In this document: in pieces, positions 50,083 to 59,635 of the stretch
Layout: the number at the start of each line of letters is the position of its first letter
How positions within the stretch are numbered: the stretch's first letter is position 1
Source of the DNA: Rickettsiales bacterium
GTDB lineage: Bacteria; Pseudomonadota; Alphaproteobacteria; Rickettsiales; UBA3002
Direction of reading: 5' to 3'
Assembly: GCA_037968615.1 (NCBI GenBank)
Contig: JBBKVX010000083.1
Span: 31,634 to 95,633, forward strand
DNA: 64,000 bases
Notes under the pieces: model-generated
Databases searched by the model: none
What the model was told of the DNA's origin: nothing
What the model saw: the letters and a program-made list of their open reading frames with translations, nothing else
Position numbers and translations under genes: made by a program

Positions 50083-50343
50083 ATGAAAAATTTACCGATC
50101 AAACCCGCCCTTCTCCAAAAGTGCGAAGACCTTATTTGCTGGGCAACTCAGAGCGAAGCAGTACTGGATCGCTTCGGCCATGCCGTGGAGACCGGAAAGA
50201 CCGAGCAGGTCATCGATATTCTCGAACGGTGCCTTGGCCGTCGCAACGCGACCCTTCTTCAGCCCCAGCGTGGCACACCCACCCAGCGCATGGCGGCCGA
50301 AGAGGTAATAAAATTGTTGGAAGTTCCTACAAAAGCGCGCTAA
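50083..50343 (+). CDS. Possible small hypothetical protein (86 aa)
   Basis: MKNLPIKPALLQKCEDLICWATQSEAVLDRFG...KAR. Fills the rpoZ-lipA gap and stops 3 nt before lipA. In the ORF track it appears only as the tail of 49435..50343. Confidence 0.5.
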   Translation: MKNLPIKPALLQKCEDLICWATQSEAVLDRFGHAVETGKTEQVIDILERCLGRRNATLLQPQRGTPTQRMAAEEVIKLLEVPTKAR

Positions 50344-50346
50344 ATA

Positions 50347-51303
50347 ATGCCCATGGCCGACCTTCTTCCCATTCCACATACCACCGACAAAAAGCTGCCT
50401 AAGCCCGATTGGATACGCGTGCGCGCGCCGCAATCGGAGGGGTATAAGGAAACGCGCGAGCTGATGCGCGCCAACAAGCTGAACACGGTGTGCGAGGAAG
50501 CGGCCTGCCCGAACATCGGCGAATGCTGGAGCCAGAAGCACGCCACGATGATGATTCTCGGCGATACCTGCACCCGCGCCTGCGCGTTCTGCAACATCAA
50601 AACGGGCGTGCCGAACAAGGTGAACGAAGACGAACCGCGCGACGTAGCGATGGCCGTACAAAAGCTTGGCCTGCGCCATGTGGTGCTCACCTCGGTGGAC
50701 CGCGACGACCTCGACGATGGCGGCGCGAACCATTTTGCCCAATGCGTCGAATTCATTCGCACCACTTCGCCGGAAACCACCATCGAACTCCTGACCCCGG
50801 ATTTCCGCCGCAAGGATGGCAATTTGGAGATTGTGGTGAAGGCCCGCCCGGATGTGTTCAACCACAACATCGAGACCGTGCCGCGGCTGTATCAAAAAAT
50901 TCGCCCCGGGGCGCGGTACTTCCACTCGCTAAACCTGCTGAAGAAAGTGAAAGAGCAGGATCCGAGCATCTTCACTAAATCCGGCATCATGGTCGGCCTC
51001 GGTGAAACCAAGGAAGAAGTGCTTCAAGTGATGGACGATTTCCGCTCCGCTGAGATCGATTTCATCACCATTGGCCAGTATCTACAACCCACGCCGCGTC
51101 ATGCGCCGGTCGATCGCTACGTGACGCCGGACGAGTTCCGCTACTACGAGCGCGTGGCGAAAACCAAAGGGTTCCTGCAGGTGGCCAGTTCGCCCCTCAC
51201 CCGCTCTAGCTACCACGCCGACGCCGATTTCGCGCAGATGCGCGACGAGCGCAACCGTCGTTTGGCCGCCAGCCAGCCCGCTCCGGCCAACGATAACCTG
51301 TAG
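50347..51303 (+). CDS. lipA: Lipoyl synthase
   Basis: [31 protein letters not shown] and RSSYHA. Confidence 0.98.
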   Translation: MPMADLLPIPHTTDKKLPKPDWIRVRAPQSEGYKETRELMRANKLNTVCEEAACPNIGECWSQKHATMMILGDTCTRACAFCNIKTGVPNKVNEDEPRDVAMAVQKLGLRHVVLTSVDRDDLDDGGANHFAQCVEFIRTTSPETTIELLTPDFRRKDGNLEIVVKARPDVFNHNIETVPRLYQKIRPGARYFHSLNLLKKVKEQDPSIFTKSGIMVGLGETKEEVLQVMDDFRSAEIDFITIGQYLQPTPRHAPVDRYVTPDEFRYYERVAKTKGFLQVASSPLTRSSYHADADFAQMRDERNRRLAASQPAPANDNL

Positions 51304-51304
51304 C

Positions 51305-51772
51305 ATGCCCGCCCATTCCGAAATCCGCCATTCGCCCTATGCACCGCAGCAGCTGTTCGCTCTGGTGGCCGACATCGAGCGCTATCCGGAGTTCCTGCCA
51401 TGGTGCCGCGCCGCGCGGGTGACGCAGCGTTTTGACGACCATTTCATCGGCGAGCTCATCATCAGTTTCAGCCATTTAACGGAGCGTTACGCCTCGAAAG
51501 TTACGCCCATCGCGCCGAGCGAATCGCAGGAAGGCCGCATCGAGGTGGAGCTGGTGAACGGGCCGTTCCACCACCTCAACAACCATTGGCGTTTCGTCCT
51601 GCGCGAGGATGGCGGAACCGACATTCACTTCGCGGTGGATTTCCAGTTCAAATCAAAATGGCTGGAGAAGCTTATCGGCGGGCTATTCACCCGCGCTTGC
51701 GAGAAAATGGGCGCCGCGTTCATCACCCGCGCCGACGCGCTTTATGGCGTTAAAGCCAATTCTTGCGCTTGA
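51305..51772 (+). CDS. ratA: RatA/PasT (Coq10-like START/SRPBCC) protein
   Basis: LFALVADIERYPEFLPWC, GPFHHLNNHWRF and VDFQFKS. Conserved position after lipA. Confidence 0.9.
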   Translation: MPAHSEIRHSPYAPQQLFALVADIERYPEFLPWCRAARVTQRFDDHFIGELIISFSHLTERYASKVTPIAPSESQEGRIEVELVNGPFHHLNNHWRFVLREDGGTDIHFAVDFQFKSKWLEKLIGGLFTRACEKMGAAFITRADALYGVKANSCA

Positions 51773-52718
51773 AATACAGCAGCGGTAACAGCGCGGAAAG
51801 CATCATCACCAGCAACGCCATCGGATAGCCCAGATGCCATTTCAGCTCAGGCATATGCTCGAAATTCATGCCGTAAATGCTGGCGATGAGCGTGGGCGGC
51901 AGGAACACCGTGGCCGCCACCGAGAAAATTTTAATGATCGAGTTTTGCTCGATGCCGATCAGTCCAAGCACCGCATCCAGAAGGAAGCTCATGCGGTTGC
52001 CAAGATAATTCGCCTGATCACTTAACCCCACCACATCGTGGCTTTGCGCCTTCAGGCGCGTATGGTTTTCGCCCAGCGTGATGTGGCTGCATTGCGCGCT
52101 GTAGGCCACCACGCGGCCCAAAGTCATCAGGCTCTCGCGCGCTTTTGAAAGCGCATCGCCCGAGCGGCCCACACGCGTCAGCATTTCCTGATAGTTCGGC
52201 GCAGCCTCCATTTTCAGGCTGGCGGGGGTGAATATCTGCTTAGTGATGGCGTCCATCTCCTGCCCGATCCGTTCCAGAATATCGGCGATACGATTGGTCA
52301 CCGAATCGATGAGCCCAAGGAACAGTGACGGGCCGTTATGGTCGGAACCGGGTAAGCGGCCAAGAAGCGCAGCAAAGGTTTTGAACGGCAGTGGGTCGCT
52401 GTAGCGCAGCGTGACCAACCGCTTGTCACTGATGATGAACGTGACGGCATGGGCTTCCGGTTCGTTGGTGTCCATTTTGGTCATGAGCGTCGCGGTCATG
52501 AAATAGATGCCGTTTTCCTGGTACAGCCGCTCCGACACTTCAATGGCGCGCATTTCTTCGCGCGTCGGAATCTCTACCCCTAGCAGCTTCTCCACCGCCA
52601 ACTCGGCCGCGCGCGACGGATGGTTCATATCGATCCACACTGTGTCGTCGGGTATGGCGTCGCCCTCGCGCCAGCGCTCCATCGAAATCGTTCGGCCGTC
52701 TGAAAGATAAAGCATCAT
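51750..52718 (-). CDS. corA: Magnesium transporter CorA
   Basis: EIPTREEMRAIEVSERLY, IIKIFSV..TVFLPPTLIASIYGMNF..MPEL. Start set at MMLYL. Confidence 0.95.
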   Translation of the reverse strand: MMLYLSDGRTISMERWREGDAIPDDTVWIDMNHPSRAAELAVEKLLGVEIPTREEMRAIEVSERLYQENGIYFMTATLMTKMDTNEPEAHAVTFIISDKRLVTLRYSDPLPFKTFAALLGRLPGSDHNGPSLFLGLIDSVTNRIADILERIGQEMDAITKQIFTPASLKMEAAPNYQEMLTRVGRSGDALSKARESLMTLGRVVAYSAQCSHITLGENHTRLKAQSHDVVGLSDQANYLGNRMSFLLDAVLGLIGIEQNSIIKIFSVAATVFLPPTLIASIYGMNFEHMPELKWHLGYPMALLVMMLSALLPLLYFKRKNWL

Positions 52719-52836
52719 AGGCCTTGGCCTGTACCAGCTTCCGGCAGAGTGGGCAAACCACATATCTTTTTTATGCCACCCCGCCTAAGCCATAGCACGA
52801 GGCATGCGACACCACTCTTTTTCATAGGAGACTCTA

Positions 52837-52977
52837 ATGCCTAACCAACAAAAGCCCCAATCGCCCAGCCAGCAAAAACCGGCCCAACAGAACACCCAGC
52901 AGCAGCGTCCGGGCAATTCCCCGTCGCAGCAGTCGGGCAATTTCGAACGCGATGAGCGTCTGAACCGCCAGAGCTAG
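52837..52977 (+). CDS. 46-aa Gln/Pro/Ser/Asn-rich small protein
   Basis: TAGGAG RBS 6 nt before the ATG. MPNQQKPQSPSQQKPAQQNTQQQRPGNSPSQQSGNFERDERLNRQS. Terminator follows. Below the ORF-track size cut-off. Confidence 0.7.
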   Translation: MPNQQKPQSPSQQKPAQQNTQQQRPGNSPSQQSGNFERDERLNRQS

Positions 52978-53000
52978 CCAATGCACTGACGATAATAAGA

Positions 53001-53026
53001 GGGCCGCTCATTTGCGGCCCTTTTTT
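53001..53026 (+). terminator. Intrinsic terminator
   Basis: GGGCCGC-tcattt-GCGGCCC-TTTTTT. Confidence 0.85.
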
Positions 53027-53179
53027 ATAAGCGCCTGCAATTTATTGGTGTTTTCTGTAGACACATGGAATCTTTATACGCTCTTTATTACTCTGCGATG
53101 AAGAATCATCGGGGAACACAACACGACATGGCGATCACGTCCGTAGTATTCATGACTCATCCAACGAAAGGATGCGCAC

Positions 53180-55219
53180 GTGTTCGGTGAATTTTTTCTT
53201 TTTGGTGCACCTCACTTGAACGCCCTTGAAGGGCGTTTCGACCCCGTATCGCTGTTGCTTTCTTTTGTCATCGCCACACTGGCTTTGTACGTCGCGCTTG
53301 ATATGGCGGTGCAGCTGCGGCGCGAGACCCTGCCACGTCTGCGCCGTTTCTGGCAAATCGGCGGCGCCGTGGTGCTGGGTGGCGGCATCTGGGCCACGCA
53401 TTTCACCGGCATGCTCGGCTACAAACTGGAGCTGGAACATACCTACAACTTGCCCATGACCTTGCTGTCGTTGGCCATTGCCATGGGCGTGGCACTGCTG
53501 GTGTTCCAGATACTCAGTCGCACCACCGTCACGCGGCACGCCATTCTGCTAACCGCGCCGTTCCTCGGGCTTGGCCTCACCGCCATGGTCTATACCGGTA
53601 TGCGCGCCATCGAAATGCGCGCCATGTTGCAATACACGTTCGGTTGGTTCGTACTGTCGCTGGTGTTCGCCATGGTCACCTCCGCCATTCTGCTGCGCTT
53701 GACGCTGCTCGCTCAGCAACAAAAACCCAGCCGCATTCCGCGTTTCACCCTGCTCAGCTCGTTGCTGCTCGCTTTCGTGCTCAGCGCCATGCAATACAGC
53801 GCCACCAAGGCCGGTGTCATCGTGCCGTTCATCGAGGGCCGCCTCGGGCCAGAGTTCGACGACGTGAACCGCCTTCTTGCTTCCGCCGTGGGCGTGGTCA
53901 CGCTGCTCATTCTAGGCACGGCGTTCGCCGCCCTTTCGCTCAGCAGCAAAATGACCGAACATTTAAAACTCGAAGTCGCCAAACGTACCGACGAGCTGGA
54001 GCGCAATGCCGAGGAGCTGCGCCTGGCCAAGGAACAAGCGGAAGAGGCCAATGTCGCCAAATCTGAGTTCCTAGCCAATATGAGCCACGAAATACGCACG
54101 CCCATCAATGCCGTGGTCGGCATCGCCAATATTTTGAATGCCGACATGCTGCCGCCCGAGCGCCGCAAGGAGTATCTGAACACGCTTCAGCTTTCCGCCG
54201 AATCGCTGCTGGGGCTCATCAACGAATTGCTTGATATCTCTAAAATCGAAACCAATAAAATCGAACTGGAAGAGATACCTTTCGACCTCCACGAGCTGAT
54301 CGACGAAGTGATCGCCATTATTTCGGTGCGCGGAGTGGAGAAAGGGCTCAAGATCGAGCTGGATTACGACAAAACATGCCCACTGCATTTCGTGGGCGAT
54401 GCCCTGCGCGTGCGGCAGATCTTAGTGAACATTCTGTCCAACGCCGTGAAATTCACCGAAACAGGGGGCGTGAACATCCGCGTTTCGGCGGCCCCCAGCA
54501 AGCAACGTAAAACCGACATCCGCATCTGCGTCAGCGATACCGGCATCGGTATCGCCACCGAAAAACTGGGGCAGATCTTCGACAAATTCATCCAGGCCGA
54601 CAGCTCGCATTCCCGTAAGTACGGCGGCACGGGGCTGGGCTTGTCCATCAGCCGCGGTCTCGCCGAGCGCATGGGCGGCAACATCACTGTCGCCAGCCGC
54701 GAGGGCAAAGGCTCCGAATTCACCATCCATCTGCTGATGCCAATGGCCGACGGCGAAACCATTCCGGCCAAACCCACTCCCATGGCCAAGCCATCTCATG
54801 CAGCCCATGAAAGCACTTCCAAACGCCGCTACACCGCACGTATTTTGCTGGTTGAGGACAACGCCGCCAACATCCTGGTCGCGAAATCCTACCTCGATAT
54901 TTTCGGCTTCGAGCACTCCGTCGCCCATAATGGCGAAGAAGGCATGCGCAAGCACATGCAAAACCCCTACGACCTGATCCTGATGGATGTGCAAATGCCA
55001 GTGATGGACGGCTATGAAGCCACTCGTCACATCCGCGAATGGGAAAAAGAGGGCCAGCGCCCGCATACCCCCATCATCGCCATGACCTCGCACGGACGCG
55101 TGGAAGACCGCGAACGCTGCCTGCGCATGGGCATGGACGAATACATCCCCAAACCCTTCCGCCCGGAAGAGCTGAAAACAAAAATCCTTGCGCAACTCAA
55201 AGTACCGACCGACGCTTAA
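53180..55219 (+). CDS. MHYT-domain hybrid sensor histidine kinase/response regulator
   Basis: MHYT-type TM domain ([10 protein letters not shown]), H-box [15 protein letters not shown]-box [11 protein letters not shown] boxes DTGIGI and GTGLGLSI, and [15 protein letters not shown]. Confidence 0.93.
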   Translation: MFGEFFLFGAPHLNALEGRFDPVSLLLSFVIATLALYVALDMAVQLRRETLPRLRRFWQIGGAVVLGGGIWATHFTGMLGYKLELEHTYNLPMTLLSLAIAMGVALLVFQILSRTTVTRHAILLTAPFLGLGLTAMVYTGMRAIEMRAMLQYTFGWFVLSLVFAMVTSAILLRLTLLAQQQKPSRIPRFTLLSSLLLAFVLSAMQYSATKAGVIVPFIEGRLGPEFDDVNRLLASAVGVVTLLILGTAFAALSLSSKMTEHLKLEVAKRTDELERNAEELRLAKEQAEEANVAKSEFLANMSHEIRTPINAVVGIANILNADMLPPERRKEYLNTLQLSAESLLGLINELLDISKIETNKIELEEIPFDLHELIDEVIAIISVRGVEKGLKIELDYDKTCPLHFVGDALRVRQILVNILSNAVKFTETGGVNIRVSAAPSKQRKTDIRICVSDTGIGIATEKLGQIFDKFIQADSSHSRKYGGTGLGLSISRGLAERMGGNITVASREGKGSEFTIHLLMPMADGETIPAKPTPMAKPSHAAHESTSKRRYTARILLVEDNAANILVAKSYLDIFGFEHSVAHNGEEGMRKHMQNPYDLILMDVQMPVMDGYEATRHIREWEKEGQRPHTPIIAMTSHGRVEDRERCLRMGMDEYIPKPFRPEELKTKILAQLKVPTDA

Positions 55220-55239
55220 ACCCCAACCAAGAGGTTCCC

Positions 55240-55665
55240 ATGACCACACTCTACACCGCACATGCCACCAGCATCGCTGGCCGCGAAGGCACCAGCAAAA
55301 CTGACGACGGCAAGCTCGACCTGAAACTCAGCAAACCCGGCGGCGACGGCCAAGGCACCAACCCCGAGCAGCTCTTTGCCTGCGGTTACAGCGCCTGTTT
55401 CGGCGGCGCCATCGACGCCGTAGCCAAATCACAGGGCGTGAACATCAGCGAAGTCAAAGTGCAGGCCGATGTATCGCTGCATAAAGACGACAACGCTTTC
55501 AGCATCAGTGTCGTGATCAATGCCACCCTCGCTGGCGTCGACCAGCCCACCGCCGAGAAAATCGTCGCCGCTGCGCATCAGGTCTGCCCCTATTCCAAGG
55601 CGACCCGCGGCAACATCGAAGTGGTGTTAAAAGTAAGCGGCGAAGAACTCAAAGCCGCGGCTTAA
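55240..55665 (+). CDS. ohr: Organic hydroperoxide resistance protein
   Basis: GREG, GTNPEQLFACGYSACF and AHQVCPYSKATRGN. Start ATG 55240 after GAGG. Confidence 0.96.
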   Translation: MTTLYTAHATSIAGREGTSKTDDGKLDLKLSKPGGDGQGTNPEQLFACGYSACFGGAIDAVAKSQGVNISEVKVQADVSLHKDDNAFSISVVINATLAGVDQPTAEKIVAAAHQVCPYSKATRGNIEVVLKVSGEELKAAA

Positions 55666-55672
55666 TGGTACG

Positions 55673-55740
55673 CCCTCTCCTAAGGGAGAGGGTCGCCCAC
55701 ACCTTCCACCGGCACCGTCGCAAGCGAAGTGGGGCGGCGC
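55673..55740. repeat. Degenerate CCCTCTCC/GGAGAGGG palindromic repeat remnant overlapping the DUF4442 stop
   Basis: Hairpin CCCTCTCC-taag-GGAGAGGG (55673-55692). The adjacent CCCCACTTCGCTTGCG on the minus strand resembles alphaproteobacterial short palindromic repeats. Confidence 0.4.
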
Positions 55741-56192
55741 TTAAATTTGTCCTTACGTTGGATGAACATGAGTTTGCTCACTTCAGCGATCAGCAGCCCG
55801 TTCGTATCGAGAATCTGCACCGCATAGGTCGGCTCCACCCGTTCTTCGGCATCGGCCGTGGCGCGTAGGGCGTCGATTTGCTCGCTCGTGAGTGCGAAAC
55901 GCGTGTGCACATCGCTGCGGCCGGGGTTTTTGAAACGAATGCTGGCACCCTTGTCCCACACCACATAATCGGGCCCTAGATTTTCCATCAGTACAATCAT
56001 GCAAATAGGGTCGGTCATGGTGAACAATGCGCCTCCGAACTGGGTGCCCACGATATTTTTATTCCACCAATGCAGCTTCAGCCTGGAGCGCACTTCCAGC
56101 GCATCCGGACTGATGAAAAAACGAATGCCCATGCCCAGCAGCGGTGGCCACAGGTTGATCAGTCGCATGCGTGCGGAACGGGAAAGCTTCAT
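55680..56192 (-). CDS. DUF4442/PaaI-like hotdog-fold thioesterase
   Basis: INLWPPLLGMGI, NKNIVGTQFGGALFTMTDP and YVVWDKGASIRFKNPGR. Confidence 0.88.
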   Translation of the reverse strand: MKLSRSARMRLINLWPPLLGMGIRFFISPDALEVRSRLKLHWWNKNIVGTQFGGALFTMTDPICMIVLMENLGPDYVVWDKGASIRFKNPGRSDVHTRFALTSEQIDALRATADAEERVEPTYAVQILDTNGLLIAEVSKLMFIQRKDKFKRRPTSLATVPVEGVGDPLP

Positions 56193-56328
56193 ACATACGC
56201 TTTAACATAAGCGGCGCGGGCCGCATCATAACTTTTTGTCATAAACGCATGGGATACAAAAAGAACAAATCCCGCATTGCAATCGCAGGTGTGAAAACTA
56301 TCCTGCGCAGCAACATAAGGAACCCGCC

Positions 56329-57435
56329 ATGAAAACCAAAGCCGCCATCGCCTACGGAGCTGGGAAACCGCTCACCATCGAAACCGTGGATCTGGAAGGC
56401 CCCCGCGCGGGCGAAGTGCTGGTGGAAATCATGGCCACCGGCGTCTGCCATACGGATGCCTACACCCTCAGCGGCACCGACCCGGAGGGCGCCTTCCCAG
56501 CCATTCTGGGCCATGAGGGCGCGGGCATTGTGCGCGAGATCGGCGCGGGCGTCACCAGCCTTAAAGTGGGCGACCATGTGATTCCACTCTACACGCCCGA
56601 ATGCCGCGAATGCGAATATTGCCTGCACCCCAAAACCAACCTCTGCCAGAAAATCCGTCCCACGCAGGGCAAGGGCCTGATGCCCGACGGCACCTCACGC
56701 TTCAGCATCGATGGCACGCCCATCCTGCATTACATGGGCTGCAGCACCTTTTCGAACTTCACGGTGCTTCCCGAGATCGCCCTCGCTAAGATCCGCGAGG
56801 ACGCGCCTTTTGATAAGGTCTGCTACATCGGCTGCGGCGTTACCACTGGCGTCGGTGCCGTGGTGTTCGACGCAAAAGTGGAGCCGGGCTCTAAGGTGGT
56901 CGTGTTCGGCCTTGGCGGCATTGGGCTGAACGTCATTCAAGGCGCGCGCATGGTGGGAGCCGACATGATCGTCGGCATCGACATCAACCCCGCCCGCATC
57001 GAGATCGCCAAAAAATTTGGCATGACGCATTTTATCAACCCGCTCGAAACGCCGAACATCGTCGAGGCCATCACCGACCTCACGCGTGGTGGGGCCGATT
57101 ACAGCTTCGAATGCATCGGCAACACCACCACCATGCGGCAAGCCCTAGAATGCTGCCATAAAGGCTGGGGCGAAAGCATCATCATCGGCGTGGCCGATGC
57201 TGGAAAAGAAATTTCTACCCGCCCGTTCCAATTGGTCACAGGCCGTGTGTGGCGCGGCTCGGCCTTCGGAGGCGCACGCGGCCGCACCGATGTGCCGAAG
57301 ATCGTCGATTGGTACATGGACAAGAAAATCGACATCGATTCCCTCATCACCCACACCATGCCGCTCGAAGACATCAACAAAGCTTTCGACCTGATGCACA
57401 AAGGCGAAAGCATCCGCAGCGTGGTGATCTACTAA
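56329..57435 (+). CDS. frmA: S-(hydroxymethyl)glutathione dehydrogenase / class III ADH (GSNO reductase)
   Basis: [35 protein letters not shown] and [18 protein letters not shown]. Confidence 0.97.
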   Translation: MKTKAAIAYGAGKPLTIETVDLEGPRAGEVLVEIMATGVCHTDAYTLSGTDPEGAFPAILGHEGAGIVREIGAGVTSLKVGDHVIPLYTPECRECEYCLHPKTNLCQKIRPTQGKGLMPDGTSRFSIDGTPILHYMGCSTFSNFTVLPEIALAKIREDAPFDKVCYIGCGVTTGVGAVVFDAKVEPGSKVVVFGLGGIGLNVIQGARMVGADMIVGIDINPARIEIAKKFGMTHFINPLETPNIVEAITDLTRGGADYSFECIGNTTTMRQALECCHKGWGESIIIGVADAGKEISTRPFQLVTGRVWRGSAFGGARGRTDVPKIVDWYMDKKIDIDSLITHTMPLEDINKAFDLMHKGESIRSVVIY

Positions 57436-58262
57436 TGGAAACGCTCAACCAACATCGCTGCCACGGTGGCACCCTCACCTACTACACACACGCCAGCACC
57501 AGCACGAACTGCGACATGCGGTTTACCGTGTTCATGCCACCGAAACCTACCGGCGCAGCGCTGATGTTCCTCTCGGGCCTCACCTGCACCGAAGAAAATT
57601 TTACCACCAAAGCCGGCGCCTACCGCACGGCGGCGGAGCTTGGCCTCATCATCATCGCACCAGATACTTCTCCGCGCGGCGACGATGTGCCCGACGACGA
57701 AAGCATCTCGCTTGGCAAGGGCGCAGGCTTCTATCTCGACGCCACGCAAGCGCCGTGGAGCACGCATTACCGCATGTACAGCTACATTTCGCATGAGTTG
57801 CCAGAGCTATTGAAGGCGCGGTTCCCTATCAAAATTTTCGGCCTGTTCGGTCATTCCATGGGTGGCGGTGGCGCGTTGGCCATCGGCTTGCGCAATCCAG
57901 AACTGTTCCGCTCGCTTTCCGCCTTCGCACCAGTCAGCAACCCCTCGGAAAATGGCTGGGGCCCTGCTGCCCTCACTGCTTATCTCGGCACCGACAAAGC
58001 CGCATGGGCGAACTACGACGCCACGCAAGTGATGGCGCGTTGCACAGGTAAAAAACTTCCCCGCATCCTCATCGATCAAGGCCTTGCCGATGGCGCGTAC
58101 ATAGAAGGCCGCCTAAACCCTGAAGCGTTCGCCAACGCTGCAAAGCAAGTGGGCCAGCCGGTAGAGCTGCGAACGCATGAAGGCTATGATCACGGGTATT
58201 TTTTCATCCAGAGCTTCATCGACGACCATCTCCGTCATCACGCACAAATACTGAGCGCCTAA
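57435..58262 (+). CDS. fghA: S-formylglutathione hydrolase
   Basis: LSGLTCTEENF, APDTSPRG, GHSMGG, DQGLAD and GYDHGYFFI. TAATG coupling with frmA. Confidence 0.95.
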   Translation: METLNQHRCHGGTLTYYTHASTSTNCDMRFTVFMPPKPTGAALMFLSGLTCTEENFTTKAGAYRTAAELGLIIIAPDTSPRGDDVPDDESISLGKGAGFYLDATQAPWSTHYRMYSYISHELPELLKARFPIKIFGLFGHSMGGGGALAIGLRNPELFRSLSAFAPVSNPSENGWGPAALTAYLGTDKAAWANYDATQVMARCTGKKLPRILIDQGLADGAYIEGRLNPEAFANAAKQVGQPVELRTHEGYDHGYFFIQSFIDDHLRHHAQILSA

Positions 58263-58309
58263 TGGAGAATTGAACTCGCGCATGCAGAATGGTTGAATAG
58301 GAGAACCAT

Positions 58310-58888
58310 ATGCGTCCCATGCCGTTTTTAGCCGCTGCCTGCTTACTTTTCAGCGCGACCCACGCCCAAGCCGATGGCGTCTTTCACAAACTCGTCACTC
58401 GTAACGACGCCTCCAAACTCGAACGGTACGACGCCACCCGCGACGTGGCCCTTAGAAGCGTCGAGAAAAACGCCTCCGCCAGCGACTACGCTGCGGCTAA
58501 AAAACTGCTGAACATCCAGCCCCTATCGTTCCGAGGATTCGACCTCACCGGCGACTGGAAATGCCGCACTACCAAACTCGGCGGTAATCCGGCCTATGTG
58601 CGTTACGCATGGTTCCAGTGCAACGTGTCCGACGACGGCTCAGGCTGGGCGCTTACTAAGCGCACCGGCTCGCAACGCACGATGGGGCGCTTCTACACCG
58701 CTAGCGATACTGCACTTCATTACATTGGCAGCTTCTACATAGCGGGCGACAGCGCCCTGCCCTACGGCAAGAACATCGACAGCGACCAAGTGGGGCTTGC
58801 AGAACGCACGGGCGCACAAAGCTGGCGCATCTCGTTCCCCGAGCCGCGGTTTGAATCGAAATTCGATGTGTTGGAATTCCGCCGCTAG
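58310..58888 (+). CDS. DUF4893-family exported protein
   Basis: Signal peptide; GDWKCRTTKLGG...YAWFQCNV...TKRTGSQRTMG...SWRISFPEP.FES.FDVLE. Confidence 0.8.
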   Translation: MRPMPFLAAACLLFSATHAQADGVFHKLVTRNDASKLERYDATRDVALRSVEKNASASDYAAAKKLLNIQPLSFRGFDLTGDWKCRTTKLGGNPAYVRYAWFQCNVSDDGSGWALTKRTGSQRTMGRFYTASDTALHYIGSFYIAGDSALPYGKNIDSDQVGLAERTGAQSWRISFPEPRFESKFDVLEFRR

Positions 58889-58913
58889 CGAGGCCTGTGT
58901 TTCGGATATTCAA

Positions 58914-59001
58914 TGGAGGAGGGGAAGAGATTCGAACTCTCGATACGTTGCCGTATACACACTTTCCAGGCGTGCGCCTTAAACCACTCGGCCACCCCTC
59001 C
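58914..59001 (-). tRNA. tRNA-Ser(GGA), long variable arm, U73 discriminator
   Basis: Reverse complement GGAGGGGTGGCCGAGTGGTTTAAGGCGCACGCCTGGAAAGTGTGTATACGGCAACGTATCGAGAGTTCGAATCTCTTCCCCTCCTCCA. Confidence 0.96.
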
Positions 59002-59134
59002 GCACATGTTGGGCGCTTATAACCGCGACAGATGCAAACCGCAGCAAAAAAATGCGTGTTCTTTTTCGGGGCCATTCGGTCCGGCCATCCATCCCGTTCT
59101 TTGCATCTGCCTGCAAGCCTGTTAAACGGGTGCC

Positions 59135-59635
59135 ATGATCCCCACCATCCGCACCGCCACCGTTGAAGATACCGCCACCATCCTGCGTTTCATACGCGAG
59201 CTGGCGGCGTTCGAGAAACTCGAACATGCCGTCACCGCTACTGAGGAAATCCTCGCCGAATCGCTGTTTGGGCCCAACGCCAAAGCGCATGCTTTGATTG
59301 CTGAGGTTGATGGCATAGCCGCGGGCTTCTGCATTTATTTTTATAATTTCTCCACTTTCATCGGCCGCCCGGGCATTTACATCGAGGATATTTATGTGAG
59401 CCCCGAGCATCGTAGCGCGGGTCTTGGCCGCCATTTCTTTGAAACGCTGGCCGCCAAAGCGCAGGCCGAATCCTGCGGCCGGGTGGAATGGTGGGTGCTG
59501 GATTGGAACCAGCGCGCCATCGATTTCTACAAAAGCCTCGGGGCCGAACCGATGGATGAATGGACTGTTTATCGCCTTTCCGCCAAAGCTATCGAAACAC
59601 TGGCTACCGCCCCTCACCCCAAGGAACCCGCATGA
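59135..59635 (+). CDS. GNAT-family N-acetyltransferase (SSAT-like)
   Basis: FIRELAAFEK, YIEDIYVSPEHRSAGLG and EWWVLDWNQRAIDFYKSLGA. Confidence 0.93.
   Translation: MIPTIRTATVEDTATILRFIRELAAFEKLEHAVTATEEILAESLFGPNAKAHALIAEVDGIAAGFCIYFYNFSTFIGRPGIYIEDIYVSPEHRSAGLGRHFFETLAAKAQAESCGRVEWWVLDWNQRAIDFYKSLGAEPMDEWTVYRLSAKAIETLATAPHPKEPA

Noticed and set aside
50121-50402. 93-aa ORF from the track upstream of lipA
   Set aside because: It overlaps lipA and has a Ser/Arg/Pro-rich non-coding-like composition. The 50083-50343 frame fits better.
51305-51772. RatA as the toxin of a toxin-antitoxin system
   Set aside because: No ratB/rnfH partner is adjacent. The lipA-linked position fits the housekeeping Coq10-like role.
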